A stretch of DNA of 64,000 nt. Source: Azolla caroliniana (Eukaryota; Plantae; Polypodiophyta). Of this stretch, positions 50,701 to 64,000 are shown piece by piece. The notes under the pieces are model-generated. The model ran no database searches. It worked only from the letters and a program-made list of their open reading frames with translations, and was not told the origin of the DNA. The stretch is from contig JBHGNT010000017.1 in assembly GCA_043228905.1 (NCBI GenBank), positions 14,694,001 through 14,758,000 of the forward strand, in the 5' to 3' direction. A program made the translations under genes and the position numbers. Each line of letters opens with the position of its first letter. The first letter of the stretch is position 1.

Positions 50701-52916
50701 AGAATAAGGAAAATTCAAGTAAAATTTGTTACTATGTATAAATTTGACAAATATACATTGTGGTGTTGTGACAAACAATGTCAAAGTCAATATGAAGTAT
50801 AAGATATTGGATAGGATGATGAAGCTAGTCGTTATTCCATTACCAAGATAGTTGACGATGGATAAAGGAAGTGCCAATTGTCAAAGTAGAAAAGAAAGGA
50901 AGGAAGGAATAATGAAGAAGAAACGACTTAGATTGAGAGAGTTGAAAAACTACAAAATTGACAAGGTAATGTAATTGGTAGAGTAACTTTATTAAGAGTT
51001 AAATGATAATTATATCTAGACGTGACTCAAAAACTAAAGACTAATGTTAAACTATAATGTTTCATCTTGATCAAGAACCTCTTTATTGACAAGGTAATGT
51101 AATTGGTGGTGTAACGTTATTACGAGTTAAAAGGTAATTACATCTAGACATGACTTGAAAACTGAAGACTAGTGTTAAACTACGATGTTTTCTTTTTGAA
51201 ATGCATGAAGTAAACTTAGAGCATATTCAAGGTCATGGAATGCATGGAAGAGACATGCATTATTTGATGATATACATAAATATTAATAATGATGGAGCAT
51301 AGATTCATAACAAGAATAGCCTAATGGTTTGAATTTGGTGCATGCTCTCCGCAAGCTCATGGGTTTGATTGTTCATATCATATGTCATGGTAATCACGAC
51401 ATTGTCCCCCTTCTAGAACAAGTGCCATGAGTGGCTATAGATAAAGGACTAGATTAGTTGGGATAGCGATGATGTAATTCTTTAGCAAGGGCTTAAGTAT
51501 TGGTGAGGTTCTAAACATGTTCCCAATTCTCACTTGGTATATCCCAACCAATTTACTAGATAATATAATGGATTTTGCGTTGTGTTAGAGTCAAGTATAG
51601 TTGCAACTTCATATTCGAGTCCATCATCAAGTTCAATTGAAGATGGGGTTGGCACCACATGATATGAAATATTGCTAATAACACAAGGCTCCAAAAGAGA
51701 ACAATGAAATTTTGTATGACGGCTTACATGTGGCGGTAGATCAAGGAAAAATGCCACCTCATTAATATGTGCAGAAATCACAATTGGGCCCAATCACTGA
51801 TAATCCAAATTATCATAAGGCTTTGTGGTCTTTATGTGACTTCATAACAACCATACTAGATCACCAACTTGAAATGTATGTTAAAGGAGATGATTGTCTT
51901 CGATTGCTTTATGTGTTGCTTGGGGATTTTATTGATGAATTGATAGCTCTTGTTGAACTTGTTATCGTGGATAGATGTTCTTCTACACCAAGATTAACAC
52001 GAACTTTAGGGATTCCCAACCATGTCCATCAAGGATGTTGAAGACAATTATAATTTGTAACTACCTTTTGTGTTGCTTGGGAATTTGGTAAATGAATTAT
52101 AGTTCCTCTTGAACTTGGCATAGTGGGATAAACGACTTTATGTACTAGGATTAGCAAGAACTTTGAGGATCCCCAACCAAAGTCCATTGAGGATGATGAC
52201 CAATATGTATAACGAATGACATGACCTTAATGGAGGAATGTACAGAAATATTTTATGCAAAATGAGGAAAATGTAAAAAATTTGTCCAATATTCATCTTG
52301 TTGATAACTACTAAAACTTTGAAGATATTGTTCTAACATTTGATTTGTCCGATATCGTACCATTTGTATGTGGGTGATAGTTTGACGATAGTTTTCAATA
52401 GATTTTGAGTAATGAAAATAAATGCTTCAAGAATTCAAAGAGAAATTATGGCCCGCGATCACTAGTTAGGTCATCTGCAGACTATGATGTTAACAATCCT
52501 CATGCATAACAAGGTCAAGTATTTCTTCACTACTAATGCTCTCATTACATTGTAAGAAGCTTACCATCTTTCTAAATTGATCGGCCACAAAAAATAGATA
52601 GCGTCAACGCCCTTAGAAGGTGAGAGATCCATAATACAGTCCAAGAAATAAATTTCCATGGTCTTTTTGGAATTGGTAACATCTTTAGTAATTCATATGG
52701 GTGATGTCGAGGCATTTTCATGCAACATGTGTGCATGTAAGAATTTAACCCTCAACAAAAATGATCGAGCAACCAATTCTAATATCTAATGTATCTCTGC
52801 AAAATGTTTAGGCATATAAGCATGATGACAATGCCACAATACTTAGAGGCAAGGACCCTTTGGATATATACAAGACATTATGCCACCTTAATTTCATTAC
52901 AATCCACATATGAATG

Positions 52917-55900
52917 TGACGGGAATTGCACGCTCCGTATACGCAACGCTCGGCCACAACCGAGCTTAGAATCATACACAGAAAACGGGAAATAAATTCA
53001 CGACACAAAGAAGAGAAGAGTACACAGGATGTTTACGTGGAAAACCCAAACTAGGGAAAAAACCACGGCAGCCCACAGGCTGCAAACTATCACTATGTTA
53101 CAGTATACAACAGTAAAGCACCGAGGCAACAACCTCGAGCTTTCTATCTTCGCCACAGGCGGCGGTTACAACAGAGGCAATGACCTCTTTCTCTCTCTCT
53201 CTCTCTCTGTACACGGTTACACACTCTCTCTCTTCTTGCACCAACAAGAATAACCAACAACCACTAAAAGTTTGCCCTAAGTCATATTTATACTAATATG
53301 ACTTTTCGGCTATTTACAAATATAGCCATGATGGACTCTCAGAAACATATTTACGAATATGTCTCTTCATCCGATGAGCACTCCTCCCCGGGTCTGCACC
53401 ATCCGGCTCTCCGTAGTCGGGTACTCCTCATCCGGTTCTCACCGGGTCTGCACCATCCAGCTCTCCGTAGACGGGTACTCCTCATCCGGTTCTCACCGGC
53501 TCTGCACCATCCGGCTCTCCGTAGCCGGGTACTCCTCATCCGGTTCTCACCGGGTCTGCACCATCCGGCTCTCCGTAACCAGGTACTCCTCATCCGGTTC
53601 TCACTGGGTCTGCACCATCCGGCTCTCCGTAGCCGGGTACGTTCATCAACAATGTTCTTCTCCCTTCCCATCCGGAGGGACCTGTCTCCCAACAAACTCC
53701 CCCTTCACTCCAGCATGGGGTGTCTTACTAGTCTGATCCTCTTCCGGCATGCATCCAACTTGTCGGGTATCAGCACTTTGGTCAGCATATCTGACTCGTT
53801 CTCGGCCGTGTGGATCTTCGTCAGTGCGAACTCCTGGTCATCTACTCTTTCCCAGATCCAGTGATATCTTCGCTGGATATGCTTCGTCCGGGAATGGTAG
53901 GTCGCATTCTTAGCAAGATGGATGGCACTTTGACTGTCGCAATAGAGTCGGTATTCATCTTGCCGGATACCGAGCTCTCCGATGAAGTCCTTCATCCATA
54001 ATATTTCCTTGCCGGCTTCCACAGCCGCCATGTACTCCACCTCTGTGGTTGACAATGCAACCGTCTTCTGCAGCCTCAACTGCCACGAGACAACTCCCCC
54101 TGCATATGTCATTACATACCCGGATGTAGACCGGCTGGTATCCACATCAGCCGACATGTCCGAATCGGTGAAACCGTCAAGTTGAGGTTTTTCGGAGCCG
54201 AATCGGAGACACATATTTGAAGTGCCCTTCAAATACCGGAGTATCCATTTGACTGCGTTCCAGTGCTCCTTGCCGGGATTGCTCATAAACCGGCTCACCA
54301 CTCCGACTGCGTATCCTATATCCGGTCGGGTACACACCATTGCGTACGTCAAGCTCCTGACGGCAGAGGCATGTGGAATCTTCATCATATCCGCCTTCTC
54401 TGCTTTCGTCTTCGGGCTTTGCTTACTGGATAGCCTGCAGTTTGCCGGAAGTGTCGATCCGACCGGTTTCGCATCTGACATGTTGAACCGGTGAAGCACC
54501 TTTGTCACGTACTTCTCCTGTGACAACCATAATTGCTTCACTGACCGGTTCCGGATAATATGCATCCCCAACATCTATCTTGCCGGACCCAAGTCTTTCA
54601 TTGAGAAGGTCCGGTTGAGGGCCTTCTTCAACATCCGTATTTTGACTTGGTCCCGTCCGACGATCAACATGTCGTCCACGTACAGAAGGAGTATCAGGAA
54701 GTCGCCTCCTTTGAACTTCTTCACAAACACGCAGTGATCGGCCTGCATCTTGTGGTACCCTTGATCGGTCATGAAGGAATCGAACTTCCGGTACCATTGT
54801 CGGGGAGCCTGCTTTAGTCCGTACAGGCTCTTCTTCAGCCGGCATACCAGGTGCTCCTTCCCTTTCTCCACAAATCCCTCTGGTTGCTGCATGTAGATCT
54901 GCTCTTCGAGGTTGCCGTGAAGGAATGTCGTCTTCACGTCCAGCTGTTCTACCTCGAGGTCCATGCTTGCCGCTATACTCAGCACCGTCCGGATGGAGGT
55001 CATCTTTACTACCGGGGCAAATATCTCGTCAAAGTCCACACCCTTTTTCTGATGGAACCCCTTCACCACGATCCTGGCTTTGTATCTCGGGGGGTTGCCG
55101 GCATCTCCCGGTTTCAACTTATACACCCACTTGTTTCGGAGTGCCCGCTTTCCTTTCGGCAGCTCCACCAATTCGTACGTATGGTTCTCATGCAGGGAAT
55201 CCATCTCATCCTGCATGGCACTTAACCATTTGCGGTTGTGGGTGTCATCCTTCGCTTCTTCGAAGCTTTCCGGCTCCCCCTCATCGGTCAGCAGAACATG
55301 CTCTGCATCCGGAAATCTCCGGGGCGCCCTTCTCTCTCTGAGAGGATATCTCCGTCTTCGGGCTTCGGTAACCGGCTCCTCCATTTGCTCTTCATCCGAA
55401 TCCGATTCGGGGTCTTGGCCGGTTCCAGTTTCAACTTCCTCTACTTCTTCTTCAGCCTGTTCGGTATCCTCACCGTAACTGGCTGGTTCCTCGAGTGCTA
55501 ACCGGTCTCTTGCCGGTTGGGTCTGTTCGTCATAGAGTCGATCCTTACCGGTCGACTTGGAGTTCATTATCTTCTTCTCCGACTCCCAGTCGGCGAGCGT
55601 CTTGTCCTCCATGAAGATAATATCTCGACTCCGGAATACCTTTTTGTCGACCAGGTCCCACACTCGATAGCCGAACTCATCGTCACCGTAACCAAGGAAT
55701 ATGCATGGCCGGGTCTTTGGATCTAACTTTGCTCTCCGGTCCTTAGCTACATGCACGTACACGAGACACCCGAACACCTTCAGATGCCGGTAGGATACTT
55801 CCTTACCAGTCCACACTCTCTGTGGCGTGTCTCCGTCCAAGGGTACTGAGGGTGATCTATTTATTACATATGTCGCCGTTGACAATGCCTCAGCCCAAAA

Positions 55901-58506
55901 CTTCTTGGGTAGTTTTGCATGCGCTAGCATACTCTGGACCCTCTCCATTATGGTCCGGTTCATCCTCTCGGCCAGTCCGTTTAGTTCCGGCGTCTTCGGC
56001 ACAGTAAATTCGAGCCGGATTCCCTTCGAGCGACAATACTCCTCGAACTGCCCCCGGTATTCACCTCCGTTATCTGCTCGAACCGCCTTCAGCTTCCGGC
56101 CGGTTTCTCTTTCCACTCTCGCGTGGAGCTCTTTGAAGACGGATAGCACCTGATCCTTCGTCTTCAACGGTGTGGCCCACAGCTTCCGGTTGTGGTCATC
56201 TATGAACGTCACGAAGTACTGCGCTCCGGCATGTGACTTCGTGTCTACTTGACACACATCCGTATGCACCAACTCCAGTGGTGCATTACGTCTCATCGGT
56301 GGCCTTGGTTGGAAGGAGGTCCGGTTCTGCTTACCGGCCAGACAATCAGTGCACTTCTCCAAGTGCACGTTCTTCACTGGAATGAGGTTGTCGTCTGCAA
56401 GCCTCTTCATCCCCTTCTCGCTCATATGACACAGCCTCTTGTGCCACAGCTCACTGGCAGTGTCGAATGCCACGTTCACTTCTTCCAGACATAACCGGGC
56501 ATTCATCAGGTACAGTGTGTTGACCTTCCGGGACTGAGCCACAATCAAGCTCCCTTTGCTGAACTTCATGACACCGTTCTGGATGCTACCCATGTAGCCT
56601 TCATCATCTAGCCGACTTGCTGATATCTGGTTCAGACGAACCTCCGAAACGTGTCGGACATGCTTCAGTAGCAACTTGCATCCGGTTGGTGTTGTCAGCC
56701 ACACGTCTCCTATGCCGACAATTTGGCATGTACCTTCATTCCCCATTCGGACACAGCCGTGATCACCGGCTGAGTAGAATGAGAAGCATTTCCGGTCCGG
56801 GGTAAGGTGGAACGACGCTCCGGAGTCTACCACCTAGGTCATCTCGTCGCCGGCAAGGTTTATCTCACTCTCCTCGGTGATGAGCATCAACTCTTCTTCA
56901 CTTGCCGCGATTGCCATCGTTCCCTTCCGGTCCGGCCCCCTCCGGTCTTTACCGTTCCGGTCCGGGGTCCGCTTCGAATCGGTACCATCGGTTTCCTTGT
57001 CTTTTCGGAAATGCCGGCAGTTCTTTTGGAAGTGCCCCGGCTTGCCACAATAGAAGCAAGTAGGCCTCCCCCTTGACTTTGACCGTGTCCCCGACTTCTC
57101 CCGGTTCTGGGGACTACGGTTTCTATGTCTTCCGCATTCCGATTCGGTAAGGAGCGCTTTGGAGTCGGAGCTCGTATCTTTATCTTTCCGATGCGCCTCC
57201 TCATCTAGCAAGCTCGACTTTACTCTTGCTAGGGATAATCGCTTTCCTTCCGGCCCGGCGTTGCCCAAAGTGAAAACCAACGTCTCCCAGCTATCCGGGA
57301 GGGAACCGAGCAGGAGTAGCACTAGTACCTCATCAACGAGAGGTACTTCCAATGAAGTTGCCTGGTGGATCGGCCCCTGGAAGGCATTCATGTGCTCCGC
57401 CATGCTGGAGCCATCTTGGTACCGGAGTCTTACTAGCTTCCAGAATACCGAAACCTGATTAACAACATTTTTGTTCTGAAACATAATGTCGATCTTCTCC
57501 CAGAGCTCATGAGCCTTGCTCTCTTCATTGAAGTTGTTGTATAGGCTCATGTCAATGAAACACCGTATGTACGTCGTTGTCTTCATGTGCATCACCTCCC
57601 ATATCGCAGCGTGGTTTTGTCCGGTCTCTAGTCCCCGAATTGAACCGGCAGCGAGAGGTCTTTAACCACGAGCATATCCCTCATCTTCGACTTCCACACT
57701 GAATAGTTGGAACCGGTGAGCTTGAACATGCCGCCCAATGATTCGTCCATTTTCTGTGTCGTTTCGCTTTGATACCACTTGACGGGAACTGCACGCTCCG
57801 TATACGCAACGCTCGGCCACAACCGAGCTTAGAATCATACACAGAAAACGGGAAATAAATTCAGGACACAAAGTAGAGAAGAGTACACAGGATGTTTTGC
57901 GTGGAAAACCCAAACTAGGGAAAAAACCACGGCAGCCCACAGGCTGCAAACTATCACTATGTTACAGTATACAACAGTAAAGCATCGAGGCAACAACCTC
58001 GAGCTTTCTATCTTCGCCACAGGCGGTGGTTACAACAGAGGCAACGACCTCTTTCTCTCTCTCTCTCTCTCTCTGTACACGGTTACACACTCTCTCTCTT
58101 CTTGCACCAAGAAGAATAACCAACAACCACTAAAAGTTTCCCCTAAGTCATATTTATACTTATATGACTTTTCGGCTATTTACAAATATAGCCATGATGG
58201 ACTCTCAAAAACATATTTACGAATATGTCTCTTCATCCGGTGAGCACTCCTCACCGGGTCTACACCATCCGGCTCTCCGTAGCCGGGTACTCCTCATCCG
58301 GTTCTCACCGGGTCTGCACCATCCGGCTCTCCGTAGACGGGTACTCCTCATCTGGTTCTCACCGGGTCTGCACCATCTGGCTCTCCGTAGCCGGGTACTC
58401 CTCATCCGGTTCTCACCGGGTCTGCACCATCTGGCTCTCTATAGTCGGGTACGTTCATCAGCACTGTTCTTCTCCCTTCCCATCCGGAGGGACCTGTCTC
58501 CCAACA
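52917..58506 (-). mobile_element. Near full-length Ty1/copia LTR retrotransposon
   Basis: LTRs 52917-53694 and 57780-58506 (TG...CA); TSD GAATG/AAATG; PBS TGGTATCAAAGC (iMet-type) at ~57766-57777; PPT AAGGGGGAG at ~53697-53705; 57-bp tandem repeats within the LTRs. Confidence 0.97.
53705..57750 (-). pseudogene. Copia gag-pol (gag CCHC, PR, INT, RT, RNaseH) with in-frame stops and a gag frameshift
   Basis: CFYCGKPGHFQKNC, VDSGAS, WHKRLCH, DNGGEY, NGLAERMNRT, YKARIV, LYGLKQAPRQW, LYVDD, KHIQRRYHWI; stops near 56835 and 54575. Confidence 0.95.
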
Positions 58507-59646
58507 AAATGTTGTGTTTTTGAGCAAGGTGTGCAACTCTTATCAATATGATCCAAAAATTCTTGAGTGAAAACATCCATTTGAATATCATGGTAGACAA
58601 TCTCAAGACAATTTGAATCCATTGACATCTTAAAAACTTTGGTTGCTTGTGGTACTGACAACCCCAAACAAATATGCTTTTGATGTTTCAAGGTATGCCA
58701 CCAAGTCAAGATGCAAGCTACGAATGCCAATTTTGTATTGGCAATGGCACAAGATGTGGAACCACCTCTATTGCAAAAAATTTGTCTATTTTTTTAAATA
58801 AGAACAAAGTACAAGTTTTAAATGTATCACATTTCCCCTTTCAATGAAATGTAAATACCATTAACCATAAGATAATATTCTTATATATCTAGTCAATTTA
58901 TGTATAGTATGTAAGTTAAAGCATGAGCGCTAGTGGCCACATCTCTTAGTTGTTAGTGCAAGTGAGATGCTATATAAAGGGTATCTCATCCTAGGTGTGG
59001 ATGAGAAAAAAAAGTACTTATGTATGGGGGAGAATACAAGTGCAACGTGGCTCACAAATTCTCAAGAGGGTTGAAATCCTAGGTTCAATTGTTGGAGCTA
59101 TTCAGGGGTTCACGGGTTCAAAATCTAGCTCGATAAAACAATCTAAATACAAACCAACTTTTCACGGACATGACAATCTAAATACAATCTAACTTCACAG
59201 ACATGACAACGATCATGTCAAGATCCAAACTCGTGACCTCTTGTGTTATAATGGAGTGTTATGTGTTAACCAACATGTCCAATATACAGTCATATACATG
59301 ATTGTTCCTTGCAGCTTTAAGCTAGCATCATGAGCATAATTGCTCCATTGTATTATTCACACTTGGCACATGCATGCGTATATACATGCTCTAGTGTATC
59401 ACATGCATGCCACAGGCATGCAAGCCGCTTAGTACAAATATTTGAGTTCACCTTGAATGAATTCAAGGTGAACAACACCAGTTAATAATACTTGCCCTTA
59501 GCTTGTCAATTGTGTCTTTGTAACGCTTTTAGGCTTGTTGATCACATCCTTGTAGTATCCTTGTAGCTTTGATTCTTCTATCCTTAATAGTTTCTTCACC
59601 TTCCTTTTTCGCTCTCTCCCTCTTCACTAGCCACACATCAAAAGCC

Positions 59647-62280
59647 ATGTCTGATCCATCCGATAGCCTACCCCAAATACTTGCAGCTTTGGAATAACTC
59701 CAAGTTGAGAACGTTACCCTTCGTCAATCTTTACTTGAGCTTCAGGCTGTCACATCCTCGGTTACCCCAACCACCACAATCAACCCACCGCCACCATCCC
59801 AAGAACCCTACTATGAACCCAAGGTTAGCCTTCCTGATAAGTTCGATGGAACGTGTGCACGACTACGCTGTCGTGAAGATTTTCGACAACGGTGTGAAAA
59901 TTGCATGGAATGTACAAAATCGAGTGTGGTTCTTCACACAAGACATGAAACAATAACATTGAAGATACTATTTTAGATTAGTTTAATATCTTGGAATGGG
60001 AAGATGGAGGTCTTCAAGAGCTTCCGAATGTACTTTACTACATTTGAAACGGACAACTAAATGTCAAGTTATATGAATGTGAAGTTTGAGAAGAAGAAGA
60101 GAAAAACAAAACTATGAAATATCCCACATAGATAGGACAAATCAGGATCCCACAGTATATAAGCAGAGCCAGAACTTATTACTTTTTGCTTATGTGTGGA
60201 GCATAGAATGTTCTTGGGCTAAAATGTGGCTTAACTACTTGTAATGGTTTTGGAGGACCAGACGGCGACGGAACCGGAATCGGAACGGACGAACGGACGA
60301 CACTGGATGGACGGGATAGGCGGATTGATTGAATAGGTTGATCGCGACGGTTTCGGTGTGAAATGAACAAAATCATCTAAACTAAAAAACCTAGTAAAAA
60401 TTTGTATGCAAAGGAATGTAAGCAAGGCTTGAACCCTACACCTCCAAGATAAGTGGCAATAAACTTACCACTAAGCCAAGTCGTTTCCTTAAAAATGTGA
60501 TTCCTACCAATAACATAGTTTCACATGTAAATTCTCATATTAGAGCTTGAATGAGTGACATGGTTATCATGCATCACATGTAATGCATGAGTGCCAAATG
60601 GCAAACATGTATCACATGCATTCCATGCATTGTATGCATTGCTTGTACCCTCACATGCATCATATGCATGGGGGAATCTATAAAAGAGGGGATGAAAAAG
60701 ATCAAAGTGGGAGCTATGTATTAATCAAGAAATTAAAAGTAAGAAAATTTGTTATCCAATTGATGATATATCTTGTTCCTCAAATCTAAAGTCAAGGGTT
60801 CAATCTTAATATCTCTCTCCATTTCAATCTCTCTCAATCTAAAGTCAAGCATTCTATCTTATCTCAGTCTCTCTCTCTCTTTCAATCTATCTTAAATCCT
60901 CTCTCACTAAAGCTAGTGCAAACTTCGAGTCCTTCCGGTCAAGAAAATCGGTGGTTCCGCCTCACAATCCGCATGTAGTGACGAATGTTTTTCATGACAA
61001 CGTGGCTTCCTTAATCAGATCTGCCTCATCATCTACCTACAACCCCGTCATTACGCCACAAGGTTCCACCAGGTCGGTCTCTTGGATTCGCTACTGATGG
61101 GACAAGCGGAGGCGTGGTTCGCTCCCTTGGTGGAAACAACATCGCCACTTTTGGAAGATTTCCCAACCTTTCTCACGGAGTTTAAAGCTACTTTTGAGGA
61201 GACGGACCAACGTCGAGCTACGCTCACTAAGATATGTTCCCTATAGCAAAGTAATCACGCAACCTCCACCTACGCCTCTGAATTCCACCAACTTGCCTGC
61301 AATGTGGGGTGGGGCGATCAAGCCCTACGTGACCAATTTCGTCGGGGATTGAGAGGTGATGTAAACAATTTATTACTAAATTTTCTAGAGCTGACCTCAC
61401 TAAACGAAGCGATAACACATGCAATATGTTGTGATAACCATCTCAAGAGAAACGTACGACCCGAGCAATAAGGCTTGGGCCATCTTCTTTTTGGCCTTCT
61501 TCCTCTCAATCTCTAACCCTGCCATATGTCCTGAACCAAGTCCCAACCACTGATTCACCTACACCGATGGAGGTGGATAAAGTGGGACCTCGATCGTTGT
61601 CCAGTGCACAATGATAACATCAACAGGACAACAACTTGTGTTTCTACTGTGGCGTGTCTGGACATGTTGTTGCCTCTTGCCCGGTGAAAGGTAGTCGCAT
61701 ACCGGGAAACAGGTGGGCCCAGGTGTAGTAAGAGCTATGCAACTAGGCTCCATCCGTCAGATGATCAACTCTACTCATGAGGCACCATCTCGAAATGGTT
61801 TTACGGTACCAGTGAGCTTGCAAATAGGGACTTGGGTGATATGCACCACTGCCCTACTTGATTTTGGATCCACGACATGTTTTATGGACGTGCGCTTTGG
61901 CCATACACACTCCATCTCTAAGGTCTCAAAACAAAACCTATTCTGGTCGAGGTTATTGACAGACGACCACTCCTGTCGGGTGCCATCATAGAAGAAACGA
62001 TTGTAGTAGAACTCACTATGGGATCTCATCGGGAAACGATCGCATTCGATCTAATTTCTTCCCCTCGACATCCTGTCATTTTATGATTGTCCTGGTTAGT
62101 GACGCACAATCCCACTGCGGATTGGCGTAGGCAATCCCTCGACTTCACAACTCGGATGGGCAAAGCTAATAAAAACTTCAAAGTTGTTCATGACATCGGC
62201 GCTTCGCCTGGTCAGGTAAAGCCGGAGGATGACCATCCCGCTCAAGCTGCTACTACGGTCGAACATTAAACCTCAAACAC
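59647..62280 (+). mobile_element. Degraded gypsy (chromovirus-type) gag-protease, preceded by a probable LTR (~58910-59640)
   Basis: EPKVSLPDKFDGTCARL|RGFLNQI gag split by the ACGT element; CFYCG..GH zinc knuckle at ~61640; protease ALLDFGSTTCFMD. Confidence 0.75.
59869..60999 (+). mobile_element. TGTCGTG...CATGACA element with ACGY TSD, copy 3
   Basis: ACGC at 59865-59868 and ACGT at 61000-61003. Removal restores the gag frame (CTA CGT GGC TTC CTT AAT CAG). GTGGTTCCGCCTCACAATCCGCA motif at ~60951; TATAAAAGAGGGG at ~60680. Confidence 0.8.
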
Positions 62281-62749
62281 GTTTGTGTTCACAAGTGGAA
62301 GGATCGCACAAAAATGGAAGGATAAGGAATATTTCATTTGATTTTGGGGTTTATATACCCATTTCACAAAACACAATGATACCAATATCACACGTTCTCA
62401 AAAATTCGTTGGAAAAGCTTAAAGATCCACAATTTAATGAAGTTGGAAAGTCATAAAATTTAGGCTCTGATCCAAAAGTTACAATGTGTATTTTCTTGAA
62501 AAAACAAGTAATGTTTTTTTAACAAACAATCTTCATACAAAGCGACAAATTTCAAAACATAACCTTTATGTCATTCGAGTATTACAAACAAAATTTGATT
62601 ACAATTTGATACCAAAATTACATTTAGGAGTTTAGGGTTTACATAAATCACTCCGTTCATGATCTAGAATCACTACTATAACTAATATACAAGGTTGATT
62701 ATTCCTCGTCATCCTCAAATGTACCTATTAAAGCATTGTCTTCATTTGA

Positions 62750-63300
62750 AATCAGATGGTGTGATTCTAAATTATTTGTTGAAGATCTTGTAGAATCAGT
62801 AATTTCTCCTTATTATGTCTATTGTTGACTTCCCTAAATGTCTAGCTTTTGTTAGCGTAAAGTCGTAAACAATAATATCCACCTCACAAATGTCAAGGGA
62901 TGATGGATGATGTGTTACAAATGTTTCTTTTCCTCTTTCTATTTCCTCTTGACCTTGGACATTCCATCATCTCTAGAACACATACTTACTTGTAAATGCA
63001 TTTTTGCTTTGAGTGTTGTACCAATGCACCTTTATAGACTAGATTTGATTTTAGTTATCATGCATCACCATGTCCAAAACCTTAACAATCCAAAATTGGT
63101 GCCCTAGCTCATTATCATCAACATATGTAGCAATTAACATTCCCACCTTGAGTTCTTGCAAATTTCCTTGCCACCTAACTTTAGTTGCTTTGTCATCCTT
63201 GGTCCAACATAAATGGCTTTGTTTTAGATGGAGCAATTTGTCATTAATCGCATTAGGTGCAGGATCCTAAGTTTTGTTGATCATACGATCGTCGACAAGG
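62750..63300 (-). mobile_element. Remnant of a DNA-transposon-type protein C-terminus
   Basis: LKVGMLIATYVDDNELGHQFWIVKV...VHWYN, loosely like the VGDNFAV..ADFYILKC C-terminal region of the transposase; many stops. Confidence 0.3.
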
Positions 63301-63490
63301 AGTGCGCATGGTGTATCATCGGTGCACGGCTTAGAGAGCATGAGAGAGAGATTAAACCTTCATAACTTAAATTACTATAAGGATTAAAACTTAAATATAA
63401 CTAAAATATCTAAAACTATAATGAGAAAGGGAGAGAGGGCTAGTCATTAGGTATTAATTCAAAAGACAAACAAATGTTACTAACATGTTA

Positions 63491-63543
<53 letters not shown>

Positions 63544-63625
63544 TTAAAAGCAAAGCTACTACTAATTATCATTAAGATTAGGAAAGAAAAGAAATTACAT
63601 GGGGATATGGTCATGAGCAAACTAG

Positions 63626-64000
63626 TTTCGCCCACTATGGGGCTCATCAGTGCTAAAATGACCATTAGGGTTGGATAGGTTTATATAAGGAGTTTTAGGA
63701 GAGGGTTTAGAGAAATGACAATAGGGAGTGGGGGTGTGTGCTTATGGATATGATTTGGAAAGGGGAAGATTTGGAGAAGAAGGAAAAAGATACTATGAGC
63801 TTTAATGATCCTAAGTCACATTAAAGCTCATAGTATCTTTTTCCTTCTTCTCCAAATCTTCCCCTTTCCAAATCATATCCATAAGCACACACCCCCACTC
63901 CCTATTGTCATTTCTCTAAACCCTCTCCTAAAACTCCTTATATAAACCTATCCAACCCTAATGGTCATTTTAGCACTGATGAGCCCCATAGTGGGCGAAA
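63626..64000. repeat. Perfect inverted repeat (arms of at least 182 bp, 11-nt spacer 63808-63818), running off the window
   Basis: 63819-64000 is the exact reverse complement of 63626-63807. Confidence 0.95.

Larger units (their letters stand above)
51440..58760 (-). mobile_element. Highly degraded chromovirus (gypsy) integrase-chromodomain remnant, interrupted by the copia
   Basis: Chromodomain LEYEVATILDS...YYLVNWLGY at 51530-51793. Degenerate integrase and RNaseH sequence at ~52100-52916 and 58507-58760. Confidence 0.65.

Noticed and set aside
53298-53864. Repetitive ORFs (PGLHHPALRSRVLLIRFS)n, also at 58164-58551
   Set aside because: They arise from the 57-bp LTR repeat and overlap the LTR or antisense pol; no evidence they are genes.

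Overview
Eukaryotic, plant-type genomic DNA that is TE-rich and intron-containing; a non-seed land plant such as a fern is likely but is only an inference. Two intact host genes are present: an intronless TMEM45/DUF716-like gene (28101-29069, +) and a six-exon GDP-mannose 3',5'-epimerase gene (GME, 32218-34982, -, 379 aa). Nearly everything else is nested mobile DNA: a degraded LINE, Ty1/copia and Ty3/gypsy elements, solo LTRs, a near full-length copia (52917-58506) and a MULE-like element. The most unusual item is a 10.8-kb DNA transposon (10043-20848) with 25-bp GGG...CCC TIRs, a 4-bp TAGA TSD and a Sola2-like DDD transposase. It carries a convergent spliced cargo gene (coiled-coil, RING-H2, and a possible alternative exon encoding an FCP1/NIF-like pseudophosphatase), and kilobase arrays of the 14-bp palindrome TAGCTAATTAGCTA, which also marks both element ends, fill its introns. 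Second, three related but divergent 1.1-1.3 kb TGTCGTG...CAYGACA elements all sit in an ACGT(G) target with a 4-bp duplication. The window ends in a perfect foldback with arms of at least 182 bp. All family calls come from motif recognition by eye; no database search was run.
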